48,587 bases of DNA, from positions 1 through 48,587 of the forward strand of contig CABWKN010000065.1 of the NCBI GenBank assembly GCA_902505605.1, in the 5' to 3' direction. The notes beneath the pieces were generated by a model. It saw nothing but the letters and a program-made list of their open reading frames with translations. It was not told the origin of the DNA and made no database searches. The position numbers and the translations under genes are program-made. Origin of the DNA: Candidatus Guanabacterium sedimentis. Its GTDB lineage: Bacteria > Acidobacteriota > B3-B38 > Guanabaribacteriales > B3-B38. Positions within the stretch are counted from its first letter, which is position 1. Each line of letters opens with the position of its first letter. This document shows positions 37,070 through 46,833 of this stretch, in pieces.

Positions 37070-38014
37070 TCATCGGCAGCAAAAAGAGCTTCCACAAACT
37101 CCGGGGGGGGAGAACTCCAGCAGGTCATTCAGCCCTTCTCCTACCCCGATATACTTAATGGGAAGCCGAAAACGCCTGGCGATAGCTATGGTTACCCCTC
37201 CTTTGGCTGTTCCGTCGAGCTTCGCCAGAACAATACCTGTAACCCCGGAAGATTTCAAAAACTCCTCAGCCTGGGAAATACTATTCTGCCCGGTCATAGC
37301 ATCAAGCACAAGGAGAACCTCCTGGGGAGCGCCGGTAACTTCTCGACCTATAATCCGCTTTATCTTCTCCAGTTCATTCATTAGATTGCGCTTGGTGTGA
37401 AGCCTTCCCGCCGTATCAATGATAAGAAAGTCCATCCCCCGGGCTATGGATGCTCTTATGGCATCAAAGACCACTGCGGCTGGGTCGGACCCGGTCTTAC
37501 CCCTCACCACCCCTACCCCTACCCGCTCAGCCCATATCTCCAGCTGCTCTGTTGCGGCCGCTCGGAAGGTATCGGCGGCACAAAGCAAAGCCTTCTTCCC
37601 TTCCTTTTTCAACTGGTAAGCCATCTTGGCGATGGTGGTAGTTTTGCCGCTCCCATTCACTCCCACTACGAGAATCACCTGCAATGCGTCGGAAGGAAGC
37701 TGAGTGGCTAATCCTCCCCCCATCTGCAGAAGGGATAAGATGTGGACTTTGACATGCTCTTTCAGTGCAGCGCCAGAAAGCGAAGGCTCTCTATTTATCT
37801 TCTCCTGGAGGGAATCAATAATCTCCCTGGTTGTGGCAACTCCCACATCAGCTTCAATTAAAATCTCTTCCAGCTCCTCAAGAATATCTTCCTGGACGGC
37901 TCTCTTTCCCTTAAATAGCCTCTCTAAGGGAAGGGTGAGCCCCTGCTGGGTCTTGAGCAGTCCCCTGCGGAGCCGCTGGAATCTTTTCCTGTCTTCCTGA
38001 GGCTGAAGTTTCAT
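37070..38014 (-). CDS. ftsY: Signal recognition particle receptor FtsY
   Basis: NG domain with VGVNGSGKTTT and DTAGRLH. I place the start at the ATG at 38014-38012 (MKLQPQ...), which forms an ATGA overlap with the upstream TPR gene stop. The ORF track extends the ORF to 38065. Confidence 0.9.
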   Translation of the reverse strand: MKLQPQEDRKRFQRLRRGLLKTQQGLTLPLERLFKGKRAVQEDILEELEEILIEADVGVATTREIIDSLQEKINREPSLSGAALKEHVKVHILSLLQMGGGLATQLPSDALQVILVVGVNGSGKTTTIAKMAYQLKKEGKKALLCAADTFRAAATEQLEIWAERVGVGVVRGKTGSDPAAVVFDAIRASIARGMDFLIIDTAGRLHTKRNLMNELEKIKRIIGREVTGAPQEVLLVLDAMTGQNSISQAEEFLKSSGVTGIVLAKLDGTAKGGVTIAIARRFRLPIKYIGVGEGLNDLLEFSPPGVCGSSFCCR

Positions 38015-38793
38015 TTTACCCTTTTCTCTATTATCTTGAGAAATTCCTCTGCCTTGGCGCTCCAAGGGGTGTCGGGGGCAAGGGATATAACTTCGTAAAA
38101 ATAATATTTCGCTCGGCTATAATTCTGCTGCTTGAAATAGACCATTGCCAGATTGTAATTTGCTTCCAGCATTTTCGGCTCAAGCTTAAGAGCCTCTTGA
38201 TACTCTTTCTCCGCTTCCTCCACCTTCCCCATCAGCTCGTAGGTAAATCCAAGCCTTTCGTGAACTTTGGAAAGTTTAGGATTAGACTCCAGGGCTTTCT
38301 GGAAGAAGAATACCGCCTCGTCATAACTTTTGTCTGTCAGGGAGAGTTTCCCCAGGTTAAAATAGGCGACCTCCGGGGTAGCATAGTCCTTAGCTCTGAT
38401 AACCTGCTGGAATTCTCTTTTCGCCCTCTCTGTATCACCCATTTCGCTATAGACCAGTCCGAGGTTGTTGTGGACATCGGTGAAATTCGGGTTAAGCTGC
38501 AAAGCCCGGTTAAAAGCCTGAATGGCGGCGTTATGCTGCTGGTCAAAGAAATAAGCCAGCCCTAAGTAATTGTGGGAGATGGGATTCAGAGGATCAAGGG
38601 CGACCGCTTTCTGGAATTCCTCGATAGCCTGCTTAATCCTCCCAGTTTTGAGGTGGGCATCGCCCAACCTATAGTGTTCATAAGGGCTGTCTGATTGTTC
38701 GGGTGATGGAGTGCTGGAGGCACAGCCATTAAAGAGAAAGAACAAAGCCAGCAGCCCAATCGAGCAACCTGTATAGAGAAGAGACCTCCTCAT
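38011..38793 (-). CDS. TPR-repeat lipoprotein (PilF/PilW-like architecture)
   Basis: 260 aa with a signal peptide and lipobox LFNGC, followed by about 6 TPR repeats. ATGA overlap with the HD-GYP gene stop. Confidence 0.75.
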   Translation of the reverse strand: MRRSLLYTGCSIGLLALFFLFNGCASSTPSPEQSDSPYEHYRLGDAHLKTGRIKQAIEEFQKAVALDPLNPISHNYLGLAYFFDQQHNAAIQAFNRALQLNPNFTDVHNNLGLVYSEMGDTERAKREFQQVIRAKDYATPEVAYFNLGKLSLTDKSYDEAVFFFQKALESNPKLSKVHERLGFTYELMGKVEEAEKEYQEALKLEPKMLEANYNLAMVYFKQQNYSRAKYYFYEVISLAPDTPWSAKAEEFLKIIEKRVK

Positions 38794-40520
38794 TTCTTCT
38801 CTCCCTTTTTCTTAAAGTCGACTACAATCTCCCCTTTTTCATACGCTCTTAGCAGAGCCGCCACCACGCGAGCATCGTATTTCACATTAATCCAATCAAA
38901 CAGATATTTAATCACCCTTTCGGGGTCCATGGAATCCTGATAGGGTCGCTCCGAGGTCATAGCATCAAAGGTATCCGCTACGGTTATAATGCGCGCCATA
39001 AGGGGTATCCTGTCGCCTTTTAGCCCCTGGGGATATCCACTCCCATCCAACCTCTCGTGATGGTAGAGCATCCCTGGGATCATGTCCTTCAGCTGCTCCA
39101 CCGGAGACATGATATATGCTCCTTTCAGCGGGTGTTGTTTCATCAGCTCGTACTCTTCAGGGGAAAGGTTCCCGGGTCGCCTCAATATCTCGTCATTGAT
39201 ACCTATCTTGCCCACATCGTGGAGGGCAGCTGCTACTTGCACCTTATAAACCTCTTCCTCCGACATACCGAGATTTCGGGCAATGGCAATACTGTATTCG
39301 GTTACTTTGTCAGAATGACCGCGGGTATAAGGGTCTTTTTCATCTATGGCGGCAGAAATCATCTTGATGGAGCCGATAAATAGCTCACGGTTTTGCTTGG
39401 CGGCGTTAGTTATTTTCTCAATATACTGATGAATCTCTTCGGTCATAAAATTGAAGGTCTCAGCTAGTTGACCGATCTCATTTTTTGCCTTGATCTCCAA
39501 CACTGGTGAAAACCCTTCTTTGGCAAAAGAATGGGCGGCTTTGGCAAGCTTTTGAATGGGGTCGCTTATTCTTCGGGCAAAGATTATCCCCACAATAATC
39601 ACCAGTCCGCAGACAATAAGCCCCCAAAAGAGAGTCTGCCTTATCATGACAATGACCGAATAAAAAGCGAGTCTCTCTTCCACTTGGATAAATACCCCCC
39701 AACCCACATTAGCTATAGGAACATAGGTCCCCACCATATCTCGATTCATATTTTGAGCGGGAAGCTCGAAAGAGATGGTTCCGCTGGTCTTACCTTTTGC
39801 CTTGAAAAATTCTTGCACCAGCTTTACCGAGGACATATCCTCCTGAGCTAACCCTCTGTTGGGGTCGGAATGAGCAAACAGGTAGCCCCGGTCATCAGCG
39901 GCGTAAATAGTATATCCCGAAACTCTCCTTTCGGTAATGAGCCTTTGGATGGGGGAGAGGCTAATAACCGCAGAAACCACTCCCATAATATCTTTCTGGG
40001 GAACTAAAGGGTAGGAGAAGACCACCACAGTCTCCTGAAGCTCCGCCAGGGTGCGGGGGCGGGAGAGATACTCTTTCCCCCGCCGAGCAGACTCAAACCC
40101 TTGTCGCAAATAATCTTCTATTATCTCATCGCTAAAAGTATAACCGGCTTGAATCCCCTTGCCCGTATTATCCAGCAAAAATATCTTCCTTAAATGGGCA
40201 TACTTTGTAATATAGCCCTCTAAAATTTCATATGAATCCCTCCCCGTCATGGAGGAAGTCTGTCCCCCTCTTTGCAAAGAAGTTTCTAAGGCCAGGGTGA
40301 CATTTCTGACTTGCTCTATGAATCTCTCAAGAAAGATAAAGATCTCACTGGCGAGAGAGGCGGCAATATTCTGCTGCAGAATCTTCTGATTAGTCTCCAA
40401 AACGTCCCGATTTATCTGGATCAGCATCCAGTCGGATATGAGCAGAGGTACCAAGCCAACCAGAAAGAGGATCAGGAGCAGAGAATATAGTATCTTCCTG
40501 CGCTTCTTAATTTTAGCCAT
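38790..40520 (-). CDS. Membrane sensor HD-GYP domain protein (putative c-di-GMP phosphodiesterase) with periplasmic Cache-like and HAMP regions
   Basis: 576 aa with two TM segments flanking a sensor domain and a HAMP-like linker. HDVGKIGI and HHERLDGSGYP are HD-GYP motifs. Confidence 0.88.
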   Translation of the reverse strand: MAKIKKRRKILYSLLLILFLVGLVPLLISDWMLIQINRDVLETNQKILQQNIAASLASEIFIFLERFIEQVRNVTLALETSLQRGGQTSSMTGRDSYEILEGYITKYAHLRKIFLLDNTGKGIQAGYTFSDEIIEDYLRQGFESARRGKEYLSRPRTLAELQETVVVFSYPLVPQKDIMGVVSAVISLSPIQRLITERRVSGYTIYAADDRGYLFAHSDPNRGLAQEDMSSVKLVQEFFKAKGKTSGTISFELPAQNMNRDMVGTYVPIANVGWGVFIQVEERLAFYSVIVMIRQTLFWGLIVCGLVIIVGIIFARRISDPIQKLAKAAHSFAKEGFSPVLEIKAKNEIGQLAETFNFMTEEIHQYIEKITNAAKQNRELFIGSIKMISAAIDEKDPYTRGHSDKVTEYSIAIARNLGMSEEEVYKVQVAAALHDVGKIGINDEILRRPGNLSPEEYELMKQHPLKGAYIMSPVEQLKDMIPGMLYHHERLDGSGYPQGLKGDRIPLMARIITVADTFDAMTSERPYQDSMDPERVIKYLFDWINVKYDARVVAALLRAYEKGEIVVDFKKKGEKK

Positions 40521-40537
40521 CTCTCCTACCTACCTTG

Positions 40538-40566
40538 ATGGTATCAAAAAGGGAACTCTTGGTCAA
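40538..40566 (-). promoter_or_regulatory. Candidate promoter for the HD-GYP/TPR/ftsY unit
   Basis: On the minus strand: TTGACC (40566-40561), a 17-nt spacer, then TACCAT (40543-40538). GGTAGGAGAG lies before the ATG. Confidence 0.3.
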
Positions 40567-40621
40567 CTAATATTACTGCCACTACTGTTCAATGGGCGAG
40601 GTAAATCTTTCTTTTTAACCT

Positions 40622-41620
40622 CTACTCCTCCTTGAGCTCCCGTTGCATCAACTCGGTCAAGGCTTGACGGGGGTCTTTGTCCTCATACAGAATGGCATAG
40701 ACCTGGGCTGTGATGGGAAGCTCAACATTCAGCTTCTCACCAAGCTGGGCGACCGCCCGGGATGTATGGACTCCCTCGGCGACCATGTGCATCCCTTTGG
40801 TTATGGAGGCGAGCTTCTCTCCCTTGCCCAGCCTCTCCCCTACCTTTCTGTTGCGACTCAGGGCACCGGTGCAGGTAAGCACAAGGTCGCCAATTCCTGC
40901 TAATCCGGCTAAGGTTTCCGGTCTCCCACCCAGAGCCTGCGTCAGCCGCATCATCTCCGCCAGGCCTCGGGTGATTAAAGCAGCGATAGTATTATGCCCA
41001 TAGCCGAGCCCGGTCACTATGCCGCTGGCAATGGCAATGATGTTCTTCACCGCCCCGGCTAACTCTAACCCAATAATATCGTTATTGGTGTAGAAGCGAA
41101 AATAAGGGGAGGAAAAGCCCTGCTGAATCTTTTTGGCAAGAGGGAGCTCTTCCGAAGCTATCACTACCGCTGTTGGAATCTCACTGGCTACTTCTCTGGC
41201 GAAAGTCGGTCCGGAAAGTGCCGCTATCTGTGGGTCAAATCTCTCTCCTATGACGCTCCTGATCACCTCCGACATCCTCATTAAGGTTTCCTCTTCTATG
41301 CCTTTAGTAGCACTTATAAAGACCAAACCCTTATGCAGATAGGGGAGCATTTGCTGATATACCGAACGGCATACATGGGAGGGAACCGCCGAAAGGAGCA
41401 GCTCAACTCCCTCGATGGTCTGCCGGAGAGAGCTGCTCGGTGTTACCGACTCAGGGATGGTAAAACCGGGCAAATAGAGGTCATTCTCTCTGCTGTGCGA
41501 CATTCTCTCAGCTAAATCCTCCTCGTACACCCACAGCTTTACCCGATAGCCTTGTTTAGCCAAATGAACGGCCAGAGCTGTCCCCCACCCCCCTGCCCCG
41601 ATAATAGCTAAGTTCTTCAC
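40622..41620 (-). CDS. gpsA: NAD(P)H-dependent glycerol-3-phosphate dehydrogenase
   Basis: 332 aa with IIGAGGWGTALA. GTG start in a GTGA overlap with the plsY stop. Confidence 0.93.
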   Translation of the reverse strand: MKNLAIIGAGGWGTALAVHLAKQGYRVKLWVYEEDLAERMSHSRENDLYLPGFTIPESVTPSSSLRQTIEGVELLLSAVPSHVCRSVYQQMLPYLHKGLVFISATKGIEEETLMRMSEVIRSVIGERFDPQIAALSGPTFAREVASEIPTAVVIASEELPLAKKIQQGFSSPYFRFYTNNDIIGLELAGAVKNIIAIASGIVTGLGYGHNTIAALITRGLAEMMRLTQALGGRPETLAGLAGIGDLVLTCTGALSRNRKVGERLGKGEKLASITKGMHMVAEGVHTSRAVAQLGEKLNVELPITAQVYAILYEDKDPRQALTELMQRELKEE

Positions 41621-42219
41621 AACTCTTCCCTCGTTCTGCCAATCCTGTTCTCTGTTCCCGCTAATAGCCTGCGGATATTGGAGTTGTGCTTACCGATAAT
41701 CAGCGCCCCTCCCGCAATTGCCCCTACTACCACTAACAGGGGATAATTGAATAGATAGGTGAAAAAAGGAAAGGTACCAGCCGCAGTGATGGAGCCTAAG
41801 GAGACATAACGAAAGGCGAGGACCATGACCATAAAGAGAGCTATCGACGGAAGCACCGCCCAGGGGGCGATGGCAGTAAAGACCCCCAGAGCAGTAGCTA
41901 CTCCCCTTCCCCCTCGGAACTTTAAAAATACAGAATAATTGTGCCCCGCAATTGCCAGCACTCCGGCGAAGGCTCCCCAGGCCGGGTCTCCAGTTAATCT
42001 CTGCGCAAGCACCACTGCCAGCAAACCCTTTCCGGCATCAAGCAGGAAGGTGGCTGCCCACCCCTTTTTACCGAGAAATCGCCCTACATTTGTCGCCCCG
42101 ATGTTGCCGCTGCCTAGAGTGCGAATGTCGTCTCCACGGAACAGCTTGAAAATGACATAACCAAAAGGAATGGAACCCAGCACATAAGAAATCACCAATA
42201 AAGAAACCATTAGCGCCAT
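41617..42219 (-). CDS. plsY: Glycerol-3-phosphate acyltransferase PlsY
   Basis: 200 aa membrane protein with GSIPFGY...GSGNIGATNV. Confidence 0.93.
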   Translation of the reverse strand: MALMVSLLVISYVLGSIPFGYVIFKLFRGDDIRTLGSGNIGATNVGRFLGKKGWAATFLLDAGKGLLAVVLAQRLTGDPAWGAFAGVLAIAGHNYSVFLKFRGGRGVATALGVFTAIAPWAVLPSIALFMVMVLAFRYVSLGSITAAGTFPFFTYLFNYPLLVVVGAIAGGALIIGKHNSNIRRLLAGTENRIGRTREEL

Positions 42220-42240
42220 TTTTCCAATCCTGTTCTTGCC

Positions 42241-43482
42241 TTATCGTTTAACAAGAAGTACTTCCCTCAGCATCTCAAGCGCCTTCTGGGCGCTCTGAAA
42301 TTTGATCTTCTTCCTGCTATCGAGAAGGGTGAACTTCTCAACTCTGGTGCCTGCTTCTGAGGCCACCCCTATATAGACCAACCCCACCGGCTTTTCACGA
42401 GTGCCACCTGTGGGACCGGCGATGCCAGTAATGCCAATTCCATAATCTGTGCGGCTGAGCCTTCTCACACCCTCAGCCATCACTTGAGCCACCTCAGGGC
42501 TGACTGCTCCGTGTCTTTCTATCAACTCTTGAGGTACACCCAACTCTTCTACCTTAGCAATATTGCTGTAGGCTACAATTCCGCGATTGAAATAATCTGA
42601 GCTTCCCGAGATATCGGTTATGCGGCTCCCCAACAACCCACCGGTACAAGACTCTGCCACTGCCAGGGTTGCACCCTTTTCTCTCAGCAGAGCCCCGACA
42701 ACACCCTCTAAGGTCACATCCCCCTTGCCCAGGAGGTGGGAACCCAACTTCTGGCGGAGAAGGGCTTCGTATTGGTCGAATATGCTCTCCGTCTCCGCTT
42801 TATCTCTCCCTATGACTTTCAAACGAATCTCTATCTCCCCCCATCCTGCTAGCAGACTAATGTTCCCTTTCAGCTCTGCGATCTCTTCCTTGAGGAGCTG
42901 GTCGACTTCAGACTCGTTCAGCCCTACAACTTTGAAAACCCTCCTGTCTAAAATCTGGGACCCCTTCATCATTTCCTTTAGCCGAAGAAGTACTGAATTC
43001 TGAAAAACATATTCCATTTCTCGCGGAACTCCAGGAAGGAGGATGACATTTTTCTGATTTTCCGTAACCCACACCCCTGGAGCAGTCCCGACAGGGTTTT
43101 TGAGCACCAGAGATCCCTGGGGTATCATAGCTTGCTGTTGAAAATAAGGAGGAAAGGGGTTCCCTCGACGGGCGAATCTATCCTTGAGATAGTCTAAGAC
43201 TTCCTCATCAAGGGTCATCTGCCGTCCGATAGCCCGGCAAAGGGCCTGTTTGGTTACATCGTCTGCGGTCGGTCCAATTCCTCCGGTGGCTATGATTAAA
43301 TCCGAGCGACGGAGGGCAGACTTGAAAGTATCTACAAGTATCTCCTTAGCATCCCCTACGGTGGTTTTCAGCTGGATCTCAAGCCCCAGACGGTTTAACT
43401 CCCGAGTGAGATAGAGGGAATTGGTATCCACCCCCTCGGGGGCTAACATTTCGGAGCCTATTGATATAACCTCCACCCTCAT
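42241..43482 (-). CDS. cinA: CinA family protein (MoCF-type N-domain plus nicotinamide-nucleotide amidohydrolase PncC C-domain)
   Basis: 413 aa. VEVISIGSE...TGGIGPTADD N-domain and AESCTGGLL C-domain. Confidence 0.9.
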   Translation of the reverse strand: MRVEVISIGSEMLAPEGVDTNSLYLTRELNRLGLEIQLKTTVGDAKEILVDTFKSALRRSDLIIATGGIGPTADDVTKQALCRAIGRQMTLDEEVLDYLKDRFARRGNPFPPYFQQQAMIPQGSLVLKNPVGTAPGVWVTENQKNVILLPGVPREMEYVFQNSVLLRLKEMMKGSQILDRRVFKVVGLNESEVDQLLKEEIAELKGNISLLAGWGEIEIRLKVIGRDKAETESIFDQYEALLRQKLGSHLLGKGDVTLEGVVGALLREKGATLAVAESCTGGLLGSRITDISGSSDYFNRGIVAYSNIAKVEELGVPQELIERHGAVSPEVAQVMAEGVRRLSRTDYGIGITGIAGPTGGTREKPVGLVYIGVASEAGTRVEKFTLLDSRKKIKFQSAQKALEMLREVLLVKR

Positions 43483-43982
43483 CAGGGGAAAAACCTCATA
43501 ATTATGCGAAGAATAATGTTGGCATAAACCGCAGCCATAAAATCGTCTGCCATGACACCCACCCCCCTTTTCAGAGCCTCAACTCTTCCCGCAGGGTACG
43601 GCTTGGTAATATCCATTAGTCGGAAAATGAGGAGACCTCCCAATATACTCTTCCAGCCCAGCGGGATAAAAGCCATGGACACCAGGAGGCCAACCACTTC
43701 ATCTATTACTATCTGCGAAGGGTCCTGACATAGTAGCATACCCTCCGCTTTGTGAGAAACAAATACTCCTATTACCAATAAAATCAACACTATTATACAA
43801 TAAACCACAGGGGAAGCAAAGAGCGAGATAATAAGCAACAAGGGTATAGCAGTTACAGAAGCAATAGTCCCCGGCGCTAAGGGGGAGTAGCCCACATAAA
43901 ACCAGGTAGCAATAAGGAGGATGAGATGTTCCTTCAGTGTTCGGGGATGAGACCTTAAAGAACCCCTATTCTGTGCTTTCAT
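43482..43982 (-). CDS. pgpA: Phosphatidylglycerophosphatase A
   Basis: 166 aa with GYSPLAPGT...VIDEVVG...DI.KP motifs. Confidence 0.88.
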   Translation of the reverse strand: MKAQNRGSLRSHPRTLKEHLILLIATWFYVGYSPLAPGTIASVTAIPLLLIISLFASPVVYCIIVLILLVIGVFVSHKAEGMLLCQDPSQIVIDEVVGLLVSMAFIPLGWKSILGGLLIFRLMDITKPYPAGRVEALKRGVGVMADDFMAAVYANIILRIIMRFFP

Positions 43983-44083
43983 AGGAACCTCAATAACCTC
44001 CTCTGGTATATGAACTGGACAGATGAAAAAGCCTTGCTACCTGACTCTCTCTGTATGCGGATGTCTAGCGGTAGCGGACTATG

Positions 44084-44263
44084 CTACTTCGTTACGCAGC
44101 ATATTCTGCCTACGAGGTCGTAGGGATAACCCTCCTCAATTCTCACAGGGACAAACTCGCCGGGGCGGCTCTCTCCCTTGGATATGAACACCACCCCATC
44201 CACCTCGGGAGCCTGAATGGAAAGCCTTCCCCAATAGGGATAGGAATCCCCCTCCCTTTCCCC
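44084..44263 (-). pseudogene. rimO: TRAM-domain coding continuation of rimO, same frame, cut off by the TAA at 44264-44266
   Basis: My codon-by-codon translation after the TAA gives GEREGDSYPYWGRLSIQAPEVDGVVFISKGESRPGEFVPVRIEEGYPYDLVGRICCVTK, then TAG at 44084-44086. This has the shape of the RimO C-terminus (GR....APE.DG.V......PG.F..V.I.....YDL.G). Confidence 0.8.
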
Positions 44264-45436
44264 TTAAATCAGAACCTCTCTCATATTCCCGACCCTAGAC
44301 GTGTTTTTGTTGGAGGATATCAATGCCTGAAGCTCCATCAACCTCCTTTTAAAATCTTCCTTTACCTTCTGAGGAATAGGGTCGCCATAGCGGTAAGCCC
44401 TGGTCCCCTTTTCCCGACAGTAAGTAAAAACCCCCAGATGGTCAAACTCTATCTCACGACAGAAATCACAGAGAAGCCTGAATTTATCTTCGCTATCGGA
44501 GGGGAAGCCGACCATGAAGGTGGTCCGCAAAGCAATGTCAGGGACCACTTTTCTAATGCGGGTTATGAGAGCAGTAAAAGAAGCCCTGTCCCCTTTACGC
44601 CCCATCAGCCGCAGGAGCTTCTTGTCTACATGCTGAAGAGGTATATCAAGATAAGAACAGACCTTTTCCTCCTCAGCTATAACTGCTAATAGCTGGTCGT
44701 CAACCCTATCGGGATGGCAGTAAAGGAGCCTGATCCACTTTAAATCGCTTATTCGCACTAATCTCTTTAGAAGTTTTACCAGCGCTCCCTTCACGCCGCG
44801 GTCGAATCCAAAGAAAGTGGTATCCTGAGCAACCAGATTGACCTCTCTTACCCCCCGGGCCACTAATCCCTCCGCTTCGGCTACCACCGAGTCCAGCTCT
44901 CGGCTTCGATACCTCCCCCTGAGGGCGGGCACCAGACAGAAGGCGCAGGCGTGGCTGCACCCCTCGGCAATCTTGACATAAGCGCTGTAAGGAGGGGTGG
45001 ATATAACTCGTGGGGTGAGATGGTCATACAGATAGGTGGGATTGGAGGAGAAGGCGAAATGGTTTGTGGGAGAAAGGGAGTCTGACCGACATAGCTCAAC
45101 AATAGTATCGAGATGGTCTACCCCAAGGATGTAATCTATCTGAGGAAAAGAATGAAGGAGCCGATGGCGATAGAGTTGAGGTAAGCAGCCGGTCACCACC
45201 AATCGCCTACATTTCCCCTTCTCCTTGTACTCTGCCATCTCCCGAATGGTGCTCACCGCCTCTTCCCTGGCGGAATCGATGAAGGCGCATGTGTTTACTA
45301 TAAGAATATCGCACTCTTCTGGTTTAGCGCTTATTCTGAAGCCTGCCTCCTTCAGGTAGCCCAGCATCACTTCACTATCGACCCTGTTTTTAGCACAACC
45401 CAAACTGACCAAACCAATAGTTGCTTCCTCTGGCAA
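44264..45436 (-). CDS. rimO: Ribosomal protein S12 methylthiotransferase RimO, MTTase-N plus radical-SAM core; the ORF ends at an in-frame TAA before the TRAM domain
   Basis: 390 aa with SLGCAKN and the radical-SAM motif CSHACAFC. The ORF stops at ...VGNMREVLI*, where full-length RimO continues into TRAM. Confidence 0.9.
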   Translation of the reverse strand: MPEEATIGLVSLGCAKNRVDSEVMLGYLKEAGFRISAKPEECDILIVNTCAFIDSAREEAVSTIREMAEYKEKGKCRRLVVTGCLPQLYRHRLLHSFPQIDYILGVDHLDTIVELCRSDSLSPTNHFAFSSNPTYLYDHLTPRVISTPPYSAYVKIAEGCSHACAFCLVPALRGRYRSRELDSVVAEAEGLVARGVREVNLVAQDTTFFGFDRGVKGALVKLLKRLVRISDLKWIRLLYCHPDRVDDQLLAVIAEEEKVCSYLDIPLQHVDKKLLRLMGRKGDRASFTALITRIRKVVPDIALRTTFMVGFPSDSEDKFRLLCDFCREIEFDHLGVFTYCREKGTRAYRYGDPIPQKVKEDFKRRLMELQALISSNKNTSRVGNMREVLI

Positions 45437-45448
45437 GCTATTTCCCCT

Positions 45449-46741
45449 TCAAGGATAGATTCTATAAAGCATACGAGGATAAGGAATGGCTTCTCGGAGG
45501 TGTTCCAGACCGCACAGCCAGGCTACTACTCGCTCTATTCCCATTCCAAATCCGCTGTGGGGAACGGAGCCGTACTTACGAATGTCCAGATACCATCGGA
45601 ATGCTTCCTGGGGAAGGTTCTCCTCTTTAATTCTTTTCAGCAAATAGTCATGGCTCGCTGTGCGCTGACCGCCACCTATTATTTCTCCGTACCCTTCGGG
45701 AGCTATCATATCCACACACAGCGCTACCTCCGGACGCTGGGGGTCGGGTTCCATATAAAAAGCTTTGACCTGGATGGGATATCGGTGTATCATAACCGGC
45801 AATTCAAAGCATTGCGATATGGTATCCTCTTCAGGAGCCCCAAAGTCGCCTCCCCAACTGAAATCGATCCCCTTGTTTTTCAAAATCTCCATCGCCTCGT
45901 CATAGCTGATTCGAGGAAAAGGTGGTTTGATTTTCTCCAGAGCCCTGAGGTCTCGCCCGAGGCTTTGAAGCTCTTTGCTCTTAGTCCTTAGCACCTGTTG
46001 AACAATTTCGGAGACAAAGTCCTCTGCCAGCTCCATGATATCGTCGAGCTCAGCATAAGCCACCTCAGGCTCCACCATCCAGAACTCTAATAGGTGGCGA
46101 CGGGTTTTTGACTTTTCTGCCCTGAATGTGGGACCAAAACAGTAAACCTTGCCCAAAGCCATGGCAGCGGGTTCGAGATACAGCTGCCCGCTCTGCGTGA
46201 GAAAAACCTTCTCCCCGAAATAGTCGGTCTCAAACAGGGTGGTAGTCCCCTCGCAAGCTGCCGGGGTGAGGATTGGGCTGTCGATTAAAACATATCCCCT
46301 CTCGTCGAGATAGTTGCGGCATGCTTTGATAACCTCGCTTCGGACCCTCAGAATACTGTGCTGCCTACTTGACCGAAACCATAGGTGGCGATGGTCCATC
46401 AAGAAGGTAATCCCGTGGGGCTTGGGAGTAATAGGGTATTCTTCGGCAATCTGGACAATCTTGATGTCTTTCAGGGAGAGCTCATAGCCTCCTGGAGAAC
46501 GCTCCTCCTTCCTTACCACACCCTTGACAATTAGGGACGATTCCTGGGTAAGCTTGTCGTAAAGCTGGAAAATTTTATTCGGAACATCACTTTCGGAGAG
46601 AACTGCTTGAATGAAGCTGGTGCCGTCTCGTATTAAAAGGAACCTTATTTTACCGCTGGAGCGTTTATTGTACAGCCACCCTTTGACAGTTACCTCTTGC
46701 CCAACATATTTGCTGATGTCTTCTATGTATACCTGGTCCAT
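45449..46741 (-). CDS. asnS: Asparagine--tRNA ligase
   Basis: 430 aa class IIb synthetase. [24 protein letters not shown] and [10 protein letters not shown]...IPYPR fit AsnRS rather than AspRS. Confidence 0.88.
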   Translation of the reverse strand: MDQVYIEDISKYVGQEVTVKGWLYNKRSSGKIRFLLIRDGTSFIQAVLSESDVPNKIFQLYDKLTQESSLIVKGVVRKEERSPGGYELSLKDIKIVQIAEEYPITPKPHGITFLMDHRHLWFRSSRQHSILRVRSEVIKACRNYLDERGYVLIDSPILTPAACEGTTTLFETDYFGEKVFLTQSGQLYLEPAAMALGKVYCFGPTFRAEKSKTRRHLLEFWMVEPEVAYAELDDIMELAEDFVSEIVQQVLRTKSKELQSLGRDLRALEKIKPPFPRISYDEAMEILKNKGIDFSWGGDFGAPEEDTISQCFELPVMIHRYPIQVKAFYMEPDPQRPEVALCVDMIAPEGYGEIIGGGQRTASHDYLLKRIKEENLPQEAFRWYLDIRKYGSVPHSGFGMGIERVVAWLCGLEHLREAIPYPRMLYRIYP

Positions 46742-46767
46742 TTTTATATACCTTATTTGTTCAAAAT

Positions 46768-46797
46768 ATTATAAGTTTTTATGCTATCAATGGTCAA
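46768..46797 (-). promoter_or_regulatory. Sigma70-like promoter for asnS
   Basis: On the minus strand: TTGACC (46797-46792), an 18-nt spacer, then consensus TATAAT (46773-46768). It lies just outside the inverted-repeat arm. Confidence 0.45.
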
Positions 46798-46833
46798 GGG
46801 GTTTCTCCTTCAATGTCAACCAACGGATAGAGG

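Noticed and set aside
38015-38065. An N-terminal 17-codon extension of ftsY in the ORF track (MERQGRGISQDNREKGK).
   Set aside because: It overlaps the upstream TPR gene by 55 nt. The internal ATG at 38014 gives a canonical ATGA stop/start overlap and a normal-length FtsY.
44264-44266. The possibility that TAA is reassigned to a sense codon, which would make rimO intact.
   Set aside because: TAA terminates other well-delimited genes in the window at the expected protein ends (rarA 5656-5658, pfk 682-684). A global reassignment does not fit.
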